This document shows, piece by piece, positions 1 through 10,776 of a stretch of DNA of 64,000 nucleotides. The position numbers and the translations under genes are program-made. The notes under the pieces were generated by a model. It ran no database searches and was not told the origin of the DNA. It was given only the letters and a program-made list of their open reading frames with translations. Positions within the stretch are counted from its first letter, which is position 1; each line of letters starts with the position of its first letter. Origin of the DNA: an uncultured Acidobacteriota bacterium (GTDB lineage Bacteria > Acidobacteriota > Thermoanaerobaculia > Multivoradales > DATKCC01); assembly GCA_963741925.1 (NCBI GenBank), contig CAVUJU010000005.1, positions 2,625,447 through 2,689,446 of the forward strand. The letters run 5' to 3'.

Positions 1-340
1 CTTCATCCGGGGTTGCCGTTGCGGCGCACCTCGGGCCCATGACGCGGCCGTACGATCCAACCGCCGGCGACCCCTCGCGGAGTCCGACGGCGCGTGAAGC
101 GGCCGACCTCTGCGCCGGCCGAACGGTCCAACGGCCGACCCCGGTGTCCCCTGCCACCTCCACAAGCGAGGCAGGGGCAGTTGCCGAGTCCGGTTCACGC
201 CGGCCCGATGCCCGGCGGGGGGTTCGCCGGTCGCAGTCCGCAGCCGAACACCCCGCCGGGCTCCGGGCCGTCCGAAGGGCGATTTCGGCCCATCCACCAC
301 CTTCGTCCTCACCGCTCGTTGCCCGCCGCGTCGTTCGGCC

Positions 341-460
341 GGCCGGGGCAGAGGCCGGCCGCTTCATCCCCCTCCCCCCACCCGTGCCTCCCTCTTCATC
401 CCAGACCTCCCCCCTCCCCGGCCGGGGCAGAGGCCGGCCGCTTCATCCCCCTCCCCCCGC
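341..460. repeat. Two direct copies of a ~40-bp GC-rich hairpin-containing motif (ccggccggggcagaggccggccgcttcatccccctcccccc) upstream of accA
   Basis: Read directly at 341-380 and 421-460. Each copy contains a palindrome (ggccgg...ccggcc). A related cttcatcc fragment is at nt 1-8. Confidence 0.6.
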
Positions 461-503
461 CCTTGCCTCCCGCCCCTCCGCCCTGCTACCGTGCCGCTTT
501 GCT

Positions 504-1454
504 ATGGCTGTCAGCGACGCCTCCTTCGAAGAGCCCCTCGTCGAGCTGCGGCGGCGCATCGAGGAGCTCGAGGAGTTCCCCGAGGACCCCGCCAAGGTCA
601 AGGAGCTCGATCGCCTCAGGAGCACCCTCAAGAGGTCGACGGCCGAGGTCTACGGCAGCCTGAGCCGCTGGCAGAGGACGCTGGTCGCCCGCCACCCGGA
701 GCGCCCCTACACCCTCGACTACGTCCGCCTGCTGACCACCGACTGGGTGGAGATCCGGGGCGACCGCGCATTCGCCGACGACCCGGCGATCGCCGCCGGC
801 TTCGCCACCTTCCGCGGCCGCAGCGTGGCCGTGATCGGCCACGAGAAGGGCCGCGACACCAAGGAGCGGATCCATCGCAACTTCGGCCAGCCCCGGCCGG
901 AGGGCTACAGGAAGGCGCTGCGCGTCATGCGCATGGCCGAGAAGTTCGGGCGGCCGGTGGTCACCTTCGTCGACACGGCGGGCGCCCATCCCGGGATCGG
1001 GGCCGAAGAGCGCGGACAGGCGGAGGCGATCGCCCGCAACCTGATCGAGATGGCCGCCCTGCGGGTCCCCATCGTCGCGACCATCACCGGCGAAGGCGGC
1101 AGCGGCGGCGCCCTCGCCCTGGGCGTGGGCAACCGGGTCTACATGCTCGAGTACTCCACCTACTCGGTGATCTCGCCCGAGGGGTGCGCCGCCATTCTCT
1201 GGAAGGACCAGAACAAGAAGGCCGACGCCGCCGAGGCGATGAAGATCACCGCCCCGGACCTGCTCGAGCTCCGGGTGGTCGACGGGATCATCCCCGAGCC
1301 GCTGGGCGGAGCCCACACCGACCACGAGGAGACGGCCCGGCGGGTCGGCGACGTGGTCGAGGACGCCCTGGTGGAGCTCGAGGCCCTCTCCCCCGACGAG
1401 CTCGTGCGGCAGCGCTACGCGAGGTTCCGCTCCCTGGGCGCCTTCGAGGAGTAG
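504..1454 (+). CDS. accA: Acetyl-CoA carboxylase carboxyltransferase alpha subunit
   Basis: 316-aa ORF from ATG 504 (MAVSDASFEEPLVELRRRIEELE...). Carries AccA hallmarks: coiled N-terminus, then the crotonase-fold CT-alpha region (VTFVDTAGAHPGIGAEERGQ..., ITGEGGSGGALALG). The ORF-track start at 39 is a GC-artefact extension. Confidence 0.9.
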   Translation: MAVSDASFEEPLVELRRRIEELEEFPEDPAKVKELDRLRSTLKRSTAEVYGSLSRWQRTLVARHPERPYTLDYVRLLTTDWVEIRGDRAFADDPAIAAGFATFRGRSVAVIGHEKGRDTKERIHRNFGQPRPEGYRKALRVMRMAEKFGRPVVTFVDTAGAHPGIGAEERGQAEAIARNLIEMAALRVPIVATITGEGGSGGALALGVGNRVYMLEYSTYSVISPEGCAAILWKDQNKKADAAEAMKITAPDLLELRVVDGIIPEPLGGAHTDHEETARRVGDVVEDALVELEALSPDELVRQRYARFRSLGAFEE

Positions 1455-1458
1455 CTTC

Positions 1459-3156
1459 TTGGAGGCCGTCCGCTGGGTACCGGCGCCGATTCCCCCGGCG
1501 GCCGACGATCTCGCCCGCGACGGCCTGCCGGCCGCCCTCGCGGCGCTCCTCGCCCGCCGCGGCGTCACCGGCGCCGAGGCGGCCCGGGCCTTCCTCGAGC
1601 CCTCTCTCGGCGACCTCCACGACCCGTTCGCCCTGGCGGGTATGGCCCGGGCGGTGGAGCGCCTCGCCGCCGCCCGGGAGCGCGGCGAGCGGGTGGCGGT
1701 GGTGGGGGACTACGACGTCGACGGGGTCACCGGCACGGCGCTCCTGCTGGCGGTGCTCCGCCACTGCGGCTACGCCGCCGAGGCGATCCTGCCGCACCGC
1801 CTGCGCGAGGGCTACGGCTTCCAGCCCCGCCACGTGGAGCGCGCCCGGGAGCAGGGCTGCGCCCTGGTGGTCACGGTCGATTGCGGCACGACCTCGGGCG
1901 CCGCCGCCCGCGCGGCGCTGGCGGCGGGGATCGACGTGATCGTCACCGACCACCACCTGCCGGGCTCCGACCTTCCGGCCGAGGTGGTTCAGATCAACCC
2001 GCACCAGGAGGGCTGTGCCTACCCCTTCCCCGACCTCTCGGGGGCCGGCCTCGCCCTGAAGCTCGCCCAGGCGGTCGCCCGCGCCGCGGGCCGGCGGCCG
2101 AGCCTGGAGGCGCTCCTGCGCGTCGCCTGCCTGGGGACGATCGCCGACCTGGTGCCCCTGAGGGGGGAGAACCGGGTGATCGCCGCCCTCGGCCTCGCGG
2201 CCCTGCCGGCCACCTCCTCGCCGGGCCTCCTCGCCCTGCTCGCCCACGCCGGGGTGAAGGCCCCGCTCTCCGCCTCCGACGTCGGCTACCGCCTGGGGCC
2301 GCGGATCAACGCCGCCGGCCGTCTCGACGATGCCGGCAAGGCCCTGGACCTGCTCTTGACCCGCGATCCGGCCGAAGCCGCCGACCTCGCCGCCGCCCTC
2401 GAGCACTGGAACCGGGAGCGCCAGAGCGAGGAGCAACGGGTGGTGCGCGAGGCCCGCGACCTGGTGACCGGGCGGGGCCCGCTGCCGCCGATCCTGATGG
2501 CCTGGGACGCAGGGTGGCACCGGGGGGTGGTGGGGATCGCCGCGGGCCGCCTGGCGCGGGAGTTCTTCCGGCCCACCGTTCTGCTGGCGGTCGAGGGCGA
2601 GGAGGCGGTGGGCTCCGGCCGGAGCATCCCCGCGATCGAGCTCCACGGCTTCCTGAGGCACTGGCACGGCGACCTGCTCCGCTTCGGCGGCCACGCCCAG
2701 GCGATCGGGCTCTCGGTCGCCTCCCACCGGCTCGAGCCCCTGCGCCGGAGCTGGGAGGAGTCGGCGGCCGCATGGCCCGCGGAGACCTTCGTGCGCACCC
2801 TGGAGTACGAGCTCGATCTCGAGCCCTGCGAGGTGGGCGCCGAGCTCCTCGCCCAGCTCTCGCGCCTCGAGCCCCACGGCCAGGGCAATCCCCGGCCCCT
2901 GCTCAAGGTCGGGCCCCTCCGGCTGGCCGGCCCGCCACGGGTCTTCGGGCGGACCGAGCGCCGCCATCTCTCGGGGCTGGCCGCCGGTCCGGACGGCGCC
3001 CGCGTGCCGTTCGTCGCCTGGGGGTGGGCCGAGCGGGCCGACGCCCTCGCCGGCGACTTCGAGGCCCTGGGCCACCTGGAGCTCGACCGCTACAGCGGCC
3101 GCCCGGTGCTCCGCCTGGTCGACAGCCGCGCCGCCGGGCCCAGCGGTTCGGGATAG
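1459..3156 (+). CDS. recJ: Single-stranded-DNA-specific exonuclease RecJ
   Basis: 565 aa with DHH phosphoesterase motifs (VVGDYDVDGVTGTALL; VTVDCGTTS; IVTDHH) and a DHHA1 region. TTG start directly after the accA stop. Confidence 0.85.
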   Translation: MEAVRWVPAPIPPAADDLARDGLPAALAALLARRGVTGAEAARAFLEPSLGDLHDPFALAGMARAVERLAAARERGERVAVVGDYDVDGVTGTALLLAVLRHCGYAAEAILPHRLREGYGFQPRHVERAREQGCALVVTVDCGTTSGAAARAALAAGIDVIVTDHHLPGSDLPAEVVQINPHQEGCAYPFPDLSGAGLALKLAQAVARAAGRRPSLEALLRVACLGTIADLVPLRGENRVIAALGLAALPATSSPGLLALLAHAGVKAPLSASDVGYRLGPRINAAGRLDDAGKALDLLLTRDPAEAADLAAALEHWNRERQSEEQRVVREARDLVTGRGPLPPILMAWDAGWHRGVVGIAAGRLAREFFRPTVLLAVEGEEAVGSGRSIPAIELHGFLRHWHGDLLRFGGHAQAIGLSVASHRLEPLRRSWEESAAAWPAETFVRTLEYELDLEPCEVGAELLAQLSRLEPHGQGNPRPLLKVGPLRLAGPPRVFGRTERRHLSGLAAGPDGARVPFVAWGWAERADALAGDFEALGHLELDRYSGRPVLRLVDSRAAGPSGSG

Positions 3157-3165
3157 GCTCGCGCC

Positions 3166-5508
3166 ATGCCCGAGGAGAGCCGAGAGGTCCGGAAGAGCCG
3201 GAGGATCCGGCGGTTTCGCCGCCTGCTCCTGCTGGCGACGGTCGTCGCCGTGGTCGCGGTGGTGGCGGTCTACCTCGTCGGTCGGCGGGAGCGCGCCGCC
3301 CCCGCGCCGGCCTCCCTCGGGCCGGCCAAGGTCGCGCCCCGCGGAGACATGGTGACCGTCGGCCAGGGGTTCGAGCGGACCTTCACCGAGGGCAACCGGC
3401 CGATCTTCAGGATCCGCGGCGACAGCTTCGGCGTCGACCGCAAGAGGGTCGTCTACCTGACCGGCGTCGGGCTGACCGTCTTCCAGGAGGACGGCTCCCA
3501 CTACCAGGTCGAGAGCCAGAAGGCCCGCTTCGACACCGACAAGAAGGAAGCCCGGCTCCAGGGCAAGGTGACGCTCTCGGCCCCCGACGGCCTCGTCCTC
3601 AAGACGGCCCGGCTGCTGCTCACCAACCGCGGGCACCAGGTGGCGAGCCCGGGCGCCGTCAACTTCACCCTGGGCCACGCCTACCGGGGCCACGCCGACC
3701 GGCTCCACGGTTGGCTCGAGAGCCGCCGTTTCGTGCTCTCGGGCGCGGTCCGGGTGGCGAGCCTGCCCGGGGCCGAGACCCCGTTCAACCTGAAGGCTCC
3801 CCAGCTCATCGTCGATCGCACCCGCAAGCTGCTGCAGGCCAGGGGCTGGGCGGTCCTGCGCCATGGAGGGGACCAGGTGAGCGCGGGGACGATGCTGCTC
3901 TTCTTCGCCGACGACGAGAAGACCATGCGCTTTCTCCGCGCCCGCGGCAGGGTCCGCGGTGCCCTCCGGCAGGGAGGCGAGACCGCCGGGGCCCCGGCGG
4001 GCGCGGACGGCACCCGCGGCGCGACGGCGGCGAGCGTCGTCGCCTTCCGCACCCAAGACCTCGGCCTCCTGTTCACCGACGACGGCCGCCAGCCGCGGCA
4101 GGTCGACCTCGACAAGGGGCCCGGCGGGCGGGCGCTCCTGCGTACGCTCAACGGTCCCAAGCGCCCCCTCTACCGCTTCACGGCGCCGGTGATCACCGGC
4201 TACTTCGAGCAGGGAGCACCGGTCAAGGCCGCGGCGCACAAGGGGGTGGTGTTCACCGTCGAGGCGCCCCGGGCGGATGCGGAGAAGGAGGAGGTTGCGG
4301 CCATCGAGGAGGCGCCGCCGGAGAGCGTGGAGCCGCCGCCCGCGGGCGCTCCGGAAGAGGCGGCGGCGGACGAGGAGACGCCCGAGGAGGTGGCGGAGCT
4401 CGAGGAGGAGCCCGAGGAGGCGGCCCACGAAGCGGCGGAGCGGCAGGCCACCGGCGACACCGCCACCGCCGCCTTCGACGCGTCGGGCGGGGTCTCGACC
4501 GTGGAGATCGCCGGCGACGTGGTCCTCACCGACGGGAAGCTCGAAGGTCGGGGGGCGCGCGCGCTCTTCGGAGCCGACGCACAGCAGGCCGAGCTCGAGG
4601 GCAAGCCGGCGGTCGTCGAGAGCGACCGCGGCCGGATGGAAGCGCCCCGCATCCTCTATACTCGCTCGGGCGGCCTGCTTCACGGGACCGGCGGCGTCCG
4701 GACCCGCCTCGAGGAGGCCGACGACACCGCCCTGGGCGGCACCCCCCTGACCCGCGGCGAAGGCCCGGTCTGGGTGGAGGCCGACGAGGGCTTCCTCGGG
4801 GATCAGCCCCGCTCCTTTCTCTTCCACGGCCGGGTCCGGGCGTGGCGAGGCGAGAACCTGCTGGTCGCCGACGACCTGCGCGGCGACGACGCCGAGCACC
4901 GGCTGCAGGCCAGCGGGGCGGTACGGACCCTGTGGACCCCGGAGAGCCACGCGGCGGGCGATCCCGGCGCGGCGCGGACCGGCACGACGCCCCGGGCCGC
5001 GTCCGGTCCGGGGGCCGGCGCCTCGAGCGCGGCCGCCGGCGCCTCGGCCGGACAGGGCCCCCTGGAAACGACCAGCGACGAGCTGACCTACCGGCGGGAC
5101 GACCGCTTGCTGGTCTACACCGGCGACGTGACGGCGAAGCAGGAGGAGCGGACCCTCACCTGCCACGAGATGGAGATTCACCTGGCCGAGGCCGGGGGCG
5201 TGGAGCGGCTGATCTGCACCGGCGACGTGCACGTCGACGACCCGGGTCAGGGCCGGAGCCTGACCGGTGAGCACGCGGTCTACGACCCCACGGCGCGCAC
5301 CATCGAGGTGGAGGCGGCCGCGGGCGGCAAGGTGACCATGCACGACCAGGACGGCAACGTGATCGAGGGACCGAAGATGATCTACGAGATCGACGAGAAC
5401 CGCGTGCACGTGCTCGGCCGCCCCACCGAAGACGGCACGGAGCCCGCCCCGCCTCCGGCGCCCGCGGCGCCTTCCCCTCCCACCCCGGCGGAGCCTCCTC
5501 CGCGGTGA
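3166..5508 (+). CDS. Fused LptC-like / LptA(OstA)-like lipopolysaccharide transport protein with acidic low-complexity linker
   Basis: N-terminal TM anchor, then LptC-like beta-jellyroll region. An acidic Glu/Pro/Ala linker (aa ~365-425) separates it from a C-terminal OstA/LptA-like region ([11 protein letters not shown]...GDVHVDD...[31 protein letters not shown]). Sits immediately upstream of lptB with overlapping stop/start. Confidence 0.6.
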   Translation: MPEESREVRKSRRIRRFRRLLLLATVVAVVAVVAVYLVGRRERAAPAPASLGPAKVAPRGDMVTVGQGFERTFTEGNRPIFRIRGDSFGVDRKRVVYLTGVGLTVFQEDGSHYQVESQKARFDTDKKEARLQGKVTLSAPDGLVLKTARLLLTNRGHQVASPGAVNFTLGHAYRGHADRLHGWLESRRFVLSGAVRVASLPGAETPFNLKAPQLIVDRTRKLLQARGWAVLRHGGDQVSAGTMLLFFADDEKTMRFLRARGRVRGALRQGGETAGAPAGADGTRGATAASVVAFRTQDLGLLFTDDGRQPRQVDLDKGPGGRALLRTLNGPKRPLYRFTAPVITGYFEQGAPVKAAAHKGVVFTVEAPRADAEKEEVAAIEEAPPESVEPPPAGAPEEAAADEETPEEVAELEEEPEEAAHEAAERQATGDTATAAFDASGGVSTVEIAGDVVLTDGKLEGRGARALFGADAQQAELEGKPAVVESDRGRMEAPRILYTRSGGLLHGTGGVRTRLEEADDTALGGTPLTRGEGPVWVEADEGFLGDQPRSFLFHGRVRAWRGENLLVADDLRGDDAEHRLQASGAVRTLWTPESHAAGDPGAARTGTTPRAASGPGAGASSAAAGASAGQGPLETTSDELTYRRDDRLLVYTGDVTAKQEERTLTCHEMEIHLAEAGGVERLICTGDVHVDDPGQGRSLTGEHAVYDPTARTIEVEAAAGGKVTMHDQDGNVIEGPKMIYEIDENRVHVLGRPTEDGTEPAPPPAPAAPSPPTPAEPPPR

Positions 5509-6239
5509 GCGACTCCCCCCGCCAGCTCATCACCCGGGGCCTGCGCAAGATCTACCGGGGCCGGGCCGTGGTCAACGACGTCTCCCTCGACATCGGTCCC
5601 GGGGAGATCGTCGGGCTCCTGGGCCCCAACGGTGCCGGGAAGACGACGACCTTCTACATGGTTGTGGGGCTCGTGCCCCCGGACGCGGGGCAGGTCTTCC
5701 TGGGCGACGAGGAGATCACCGACCTGCCCATGTACCTGCGAGCCCAGCGGGGCATCAGCTACCTGCCGCAGGAACCCTCGGTCTTCCGCAAGCTCTCGGT
5801 GCAGGACAACCTGCGGTCGATCTTCGAGACTCTGGACCTGCCCCACGGCGAGCAGGAGCGGCGCATCGCCCAGCTCATCTCGGACTTCGGCCTGGACCGG
5901 GTGACCAGGAGCCCCGGCTACGCCCTGTCGGGCGGCGAGCGGCGCCGGGTCGAGATCGCCCGGGCGCTGGTGATCGACCCTTGGTATATCCTTCTGGACG
6001 AGCCCTTCGCGGGCATCGACCCGATCGCGGTGCTCGACATCCAGAGCATCGTCCGGCACCTCAAGGCGATGGGAATCGGGGTCCTGATCACCGACCATAA
6101 CGTGCGGGAAACATTGAAAATAACCGACCGGGCGTATATCATCACCAACGGTGAGATCCTCCGCTCGGGAACCCCCGAAGAGCTCTCCAGAGACCCCCAG
6201 GTGAAGAAGGTCTACCTCGGGGAAGAGTTCACGCTCTAG
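5505..6239 (+). CDS. lptB: LPS export ABC transporter ATP-binding protein LptB
   Basis: 244 aa with Walker [12 protein letters not shown], signature [15 protein letters not shown] and Walker [15 protein letters not shown] start overlaps the upstream stop. Confidence 0.9.
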   Translation: MSDSPRQLITRGLRKIYRGRAVVNDVSLDIGPGEIVGLLGPNGAGKTTTFYMVVGLVPPDAGQVFLGDEEITDLPMYLRAQRGISYLPQEPSVFRKLSVQDNLRSIFETLDLPHGEQERRIAQLISDFGLDRVTRSPGYALSGGERRRVEIARALVIDPWYILLDEPFAGIDPIAVLDIQSIVRHLKAMGIGVLITDHNVRETLKITDRAYIITNGEILRSGTPEELSRDPQVKKVYLGEEFTL

Positions 6240-6249
6240 ATCGCGACGC

Positions 6250-7720
6250 ATGGCCCTCGAACAGAAGCTCTCCCTCAGGCTGTCGCAGAAGCTGGTGATG
6301 ACGCCGTCACTCCAGCAGGCGATCAAGCTTCTGCAGATGACCCGCATCGAGCTCGAGGGCTTGATCACCCAGGAGATGACGGAGAACCCGACGCTCGAGG
6401 AGGCCCAGCTCGAGCCGGCGCCGGAGGAAGCTCCCCCGGACGAGCCGGAGAAGGACCGGACCACGGACGAGCTGGACCACGACGAGTCCCTGGAGAACAT
6501 CGATCTCGACGAGTTCTTCGGCGACTACATGGAGAAGCTCGGGCTACGCCTCGGTGCGCGAGTTCCGGGAGGCGCCGCCGCTCGAGAACACCCTGACCCG
6601 CGAGCCCGACCTCTACGACCACCTCCTCTGGCAGCTCCACATGAGCAACGCCCCCGAGCGCCTCCGGACGCTGGCGGAGCTGATCATCGGCAACCTCGAT
6701 CCCCAGGGCTTCCTGGTCGCGGACCCGGAGGAGATCCAGGCGCTGCGCGACCCGAGCGCCAACGGCGCCGCGGAGGCGGAGGAGGCCTACAGCGCGGAGG
6801 AGGTGGACGAGGCCCTGGCCCTGGTGCGGAGCTTCGACCCGCCGGGCGTCGGCTACCGGACCCTGCGCGAGAGCTTGATCGCCCAGCTCGATCGCGACGG
6901 GGTGGCGAAGGAGTCCCTCGCCCGCCGCATGCTCGACGAGCACTGGGACCTGTTCCTCAAGCGCCAGTACGCCATGATCGCCAAGCGGCTCGACGTCGAG
7001 CTCCACGACCTCGAGCCGGCGGTCGAGCAGATCAAGAACCTCGAGACCCGCCCCGGCCACCGCTTCGGCAGTGACCGCACCCACTACATCGAGCCCGACG
7101 TCTACGTGCGCCGGGTGGGCGAGGAGTGGGTGATCCAGATCAACGACGACGGCATGCCGCGCCTCCGGGTGAGCAAGGCCTACCGGCGCATGCTCGCCAC
7201 GATGCGCAAGGAGGGCCGGCAGGCCGAGGCCCAGCAGTTCATCAAGGAGAAGATCCGCTCGGCGGTCTGGCTGATCAAGTCGATCGACCAGCGCCAGCGG
7301 ACGATCCACAAGGTCGCCAACTCGATCGTGCGCCAGCAGCAGGAGTTCCTGGAGCACGGGATCGACCGCCTGCGGCCGATGGTCCTGCGCGACGTCGCCG
7401 AGGACATCGGCATGCACGAGTCGACCGTCTCCCGGGTGGTCTCCAACAAGTACATCCACACGCCGCGCGGCGTGCTGCCGATGAAGTACTTCTTCCACAG
7501 CGGCATCGACCGCGAGTACGGGGAGGAGATCTCCTCGCTCACCGTGAAGCGCAAGATCCAGCACATGATCGAGGACGAGGACCCCAAGAACCCGCTGTCC
7601 GACAGCGAGCTGATGCGCATGCTCAACCGGGAGGGGATTCAGATCGCCCGCCGGACCGTCGCCAAGTATCGCGACGAGCTCAACATCCCCTCTTCGACCG
7701 AGCGCAAACAGATCTTCTAG
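6250..7720 (+). CDS. rpoN: RNA polymerase sigma-54 factor RpoN, with an apparent +1 frameshift near 6541-6543
   Basis: Region I (MALEQKLSLRLSQKLVMTPSLQQAIKLLQ) lies in frame 1 up to ~6540. The rest (YASVREFREAPPLENTL...RpoN box ARRTVAKYRDELNIPSS) lies in frame 2 from 6554. Removing one G from the ctcGGGcta run restores ...DYMEKLGYASVREF.... Confidence 0.8.
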
Positions 7721-7750
7721 GAGCTCTTCCGAAGGGAGGCGAGACCCGCG

Positions 7751-8305
7751 ATGAACATCGAGTACGTCGGAAGGAACTTCGAGGTCGACGACAACGTCCG
7801 GAAGTACACCGAAGGCAAGCTCGCCAAGAAGGTCACCAAGTTCGTGGGCGACCCGGTCGAGATCCGCGTCACCCTCGAGACCGAGAAGCACCGCAACATC
7901 GCCGACCTCCACATCGCCCACAAGCACGGCATCCTCCAGGCGACCGAGGAGACCGGGGACATGTACGAGGCCATCAACATGGCCGTCGACAAGGTGGAGA
8001 AGCAGGCCCGGCGCTCGAAGAAGAAGTTCATCGACAAGCGTCGGCGCGCCGACCGCGTGACGACCAACGGCCAGCGCTGGCCCGTCGACGTCCTCGCCCG
8101 CGAGAGCCTCGGCGGCGAGACGGGCCCGACGATCATCAAGTCCAGTCATCTCCCGATCAAGCCCATGTCCATCGAGGAGGCCGCCCTCTGGCTCGAGAAC
8201 GGCAAGAACGAGTTCGTCGTCTTCCGGGACTCCACCTCGAACCGGGTCAACGTCCTCTACAAGCGCAAGGACGACAACTACGGCCTGATCGCGCCCGAGC
8301 TCTAG
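7751..8305 (+). CDS. hpf: Ribosome hibernation promoting factor (long form)
   Basis: 184 aa with the N-terminal RaiA/HPF fold (MNIEYVGRNFEVDDNVRKYTEGKL...) plus the C-terminal extension typical of long HPF. Sits in the conserved rpoN-hpf-ptsN context. Confidence 0.9.
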   Translation: MNIEYVGRNFEVDDNVRKYTEGKLAKKVTKFVGDPVEIRVTLETEKHRNIADLHIAHKHGILQATEETGDMYEAINMAVDKVEKQARRSKKKFIDKRRRADRVTTNGQRWPVDVLARESLGGETGPTIIKSSHLPIKPMSIEEAALWLENGKNEFVVFRDSTSNRVNVLYKRKDDNYGLIAPEL

Positions 8306-8394
8306 CGGCGGGTGAGGCCCCCTCGCGGCGCCGGCCCACGGGTCACCGGTTCGCCGACCCGGCCGCGGGGGCGATCTCCAACGGGCGAGCAGCC

Positions 8395-8850
8395 ATGCGA
8401 CTCGACGCTCTGACCGGTCCCGAGCTGATCCTCCCCGGGCTCGAGGCCTCGGTGGGGGAGGAGGTGCTGCGCGCGCTCTCCCGGCACCTCGAGGCGCTGC
8501 GCGTCATCCGCGACGCCCGGGAGCTCTACGACAACCTGCTCGAGCGCGAGGCGCTGGGCTCGACGGGCATCGGCTCCGGCGTCGCCATTCCTCACGGCAG
8601 GCTCGAGGGGCTGTCCCGCGCCGTGCTCGCCATCGGGATCTGCCGCCGGGGGGTCGAGTTCCGGGCCACCGACGCAGAGCCCGTCCGCCTCTTCTTCGTG
8701 GCGGTCTCCCCGAGCGACGCAGTGCCCGCCGTCCACCTCCAGGTGCTGGCGGCGATCTCCAGGTGGATCAGGGCGGATCGCCACGTCGCGCGCCTCCTCG
8801 AGCTCGACGACCCGCAGGCGATCTACCGACTGCTGGAAGAGGCGCCATGA
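8395..8850 (+). CDS. ptsN: PTS IIA-Ntr nitrogen regulatory protein
   Basis: 151 aa starting MRLDALTGPELILPG, with the EIIA-fructose/Ntr-type motif GIGSGVAIPHGRLEG (phosphorylatable His). The ORF-track entry 7126..8850 is an over-extended ORF. Confidence 0.85.
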   Translation: MRLDALTGPELILPGLEASVGEEVLRALSRHLEALRVIRDARELYDNLLEREALGSTGIGSGVAIPHGRLEGLSRAVLAIGICRRGVEFRATDAEPVRLFFVAVSPSDAVPAVHLQVLAAISRWIRADRHVARLLELDDPQAIYRLLEEAP

Positions 8851-9875
8851 GGGGCCGGCGCGGCGAGGAGCGGCCGCGGGCCGCGGTCGGCGGGCGGCTG
8901 GAGGGCAACGGCCGCACGCCGCTGGAGGCCGTGGTCACCGTCGAGGACCTCCTGGGCGAGGAGCTCGCAGACCTCCATCTCACCGTGCTCTCGGGCACTC
9001 AGCACCTGGACAACCCGATCACCAACCCGCGGGTGCAGAAGCCGGGCCTCGCCTTCGCCGGCTATTACCCCTACATCAAGCCGGGGCGGGTCCAGATCGT
9101 CGGCGAGAGCGAGACGGCCTACCTCAAGACCCTGGACGCCGGGGAGCGGGCGGCGCGCTTCGACACCATCACCTCGCTGCCGGTTCCGGTCTTCGTCGTC
9201 ACCAAGGGGCTGCCGCCCATGGAGGGATTCTTGACCCGGTGCCAGGAGCGCGAGGTCCCGGTGCTCGCCTCGCCCGCCCTGTCGTCCCAGGTCATCAAGC
9301 GGATCAGCTACTTCCTCGAGGACCGCCTGGTACCGCGCACCCACGTCCACGGCGTGCTCCTCGACATCTACGGCCTCGGCGTGCTGTTGATCGGCGGCAG
9401 CGGGGTGGGCAAGAGCGAGTGCGCCCTCGACCTCATCACCCGGGGCCACAGCCTGGTCTCCGACGACCGGGTGGCGATCAACCGCTACCCCAACGGCGAC
9501 CTGATCGGCTTCTCGGAAGGGCCGCTGCGCCATCACATGGAGCTGCGCGGCCTGGGGATCATCAACGTCCAGGACCTCTTCGGCCTGGCCGCCGTGCGCG
9601 AGCGCAAGAGCATCGACCTGGTGGTCGAGCTCGAGCACTGGCGCGAGGGCGAGCACTACGACCGCCTGGGGCTCGACGAGACCCTGTACGACATCCTCGA
9701 CACGCCCTGCCCGTACATCAAGATGCCGGTGGCGCTGGGTCGCAACGTCTCCATCCTGGTGGAGATCGCCGCCCGCAACCACGTGCTGAAGCTCCAGGGT
9801 CACCACTCGGCCCGGGAGTTCGCGCACAAGCTCGAGGACGAGCTCGATCGCCGGCGCGACGAGGAGGGCGATTGA
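8847..9875 (+). CDS. hprK: HPr kinase/phosphorylase
   Basis: P-loop GGSGVGKSECALDL, LVSDDRV and the C-terminal signature ELRGLGIINV. ATG overlaps the ptsN stop (ATGA). Confidence 0.9.
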   Translation: MRGRRGEERPRAAVGGRLEGNGRTPLEAVVTVEDLLGEELADLHLTVLSGTQHLDNPITNPRVQKPGLAFAGYYPYIKPGRVQIVGESETAYLKTLDAGERAARFDTITSLPVPVFVVTKGLPPMEGFLTRCQEREVPVLASPALSSQVIKRISYFLEDRLVPRTHVHGVLLDIYGLGVLLIGGSGVGKSECALDLITRGHSLVSDDRVAINRYPNGDLIGFSEGPLRHHMELRGLGIINVQDLFGLAAVRERKSIDLVVELEHWREGEHYDRLGLDETLYDILDTPCPYIKMPVALGRNVSILVEIAARNHVLKLQGHHSAREFAHKLEDELDRRRDEEGD

Positions 9876-10750
9876 GCACCGCGGCGGAGCGCGCCAAGCT
9901 GGTCCTGATCACCGGCCTCTCCGGCTCGGGCAAGAGCTCGGTGGCGAAGTGCTTCGAAGACCTCGGCTACCACACCGTCGACAACCTGCCGCTGCCCCTG
10001 CTGCGCGAGTTCCTCCGCCGGCCCCTCGAGCTGATCGAGGACAACGACCGGATCGCCGTGGTCACCGACGTCCGGGCGCCCCACTTCGCCGAAGAGCTGC
10101 CCCGGCTCGTCGCCGAGATCGACACCGAGCGCCTGGAGCCCACCCTGCTCTTCCTCGAGGCCTCGGACCAGAGCCTGGTGCGCCGCTTCTCGGAGACCCG
10201 CCGGCCGCATCCCCTGGCGGGTGACAGCCCGCTCATCGAGGGCATCGCGCGCGAGCGCGAGCTGCTGAGCGAGGTCCGCGGCCGGGCCGACATGGTCCTC
10301 GACACCAGCGAGTGGTCGATCCACGAGATCCGCAACCAGATCTACCGCGACTTCGCGGAGGGCACGGCCGAGGGCCCGGGCATGGTGGTGTCGCTGGTGA
10401 GCTTCGGCTTCAAGCACGGCACGCCCTACGGCGCCGACCTGCTGTTCGACGTGCGCTTCCTGCCCAACCCCCACTTCGTCCCAGGTCTCCGGGAGCTCAC
10501 CGGCAAGGACGCGCCGGTCCAGGAGTTCCTCGAGGGCCAGCCCGAGTACGGCGAGATCCTCGACCGTCTCTCCGAGCTCCTGCGCTACCTCCTTCCCCGG
10601 TACCGGCGCGAGAACCGGAGCTACGTCTCGATCGCCGTCGGGTGCACCGGCGGTCACCATCGCTCGGTGGCGATCTGCGAGGTGCTCCGCGAACGGTTGG
10701 GCGAGGCCGGATGGCAGGTCCGCGTGGTCCACCGCGACATCGCGCACTGA
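9872..10750 (+). CDS. rapZ: RNase adapter protein RapZ (YhbJ)
   Basis: Starts LVLITGLSGSGKSSVAKCFEDLGYHTVDNLPLPLL and ends GCTGGHHRSVAICEVL. TTG start overlaps the hprK stop. Matches the conserved rpoN-hpf-ptsN-hprK-rapZ order. Confidence 0.85.
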   Translation: MSTAAERAKLVLITGLSGSGKSSVAKCFEDLGYHTVDNLPLPLLREFLRRPLELIEDNDRIAVVTDVRAPHFAEELPRLVAEIDTERLEPTLLFLEASDQSLVRRFSETRRPHPLAGDSPLIEGIARERELLSEVRGRADMVLDTSEWSIHEIRNQIYRDFAEGTAEGPGMVVSLVSFGFKHGTPYGADLLFDVRFLPNPHFVPGLRELTGKDAPVQEFLEGQPEYGEILDRLSELLRYLLPRYRRENRSYVSIAVGCTGGHHRSVAICEVLRERLGEAGWQVRVVHRDIAH

Positions 10751-10776
10751 CCGGGCCGAGGCCTTACCCCCGGGCT

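Noticed and set aside
1288-5409. 1373-aa minus-strand ORF and 1129-aa plus-strand ORF (1881..5270) overlapping recJ and the lptC/A gene
   Set aside because: Arg/Gly/Pro-rich low-complexity translations typical of open alternative frames in ~70% GC DNA. The recJ and LptC/A reading frames have clear homology.
7126-8395. N-terminal 420 aa of ORF 7126..8850 (and similarly 8763-8846, 9239-9871, 18250-18519, 52116-52598 extensions of other ORFs)
   Set aside because: Open-frame extensions upstream of the true starts of ptsN, hprK, rapZ, the lipoprotein and the primase. They overlap well-supported genes in other frames and read as Arg/Pro-rich junk.
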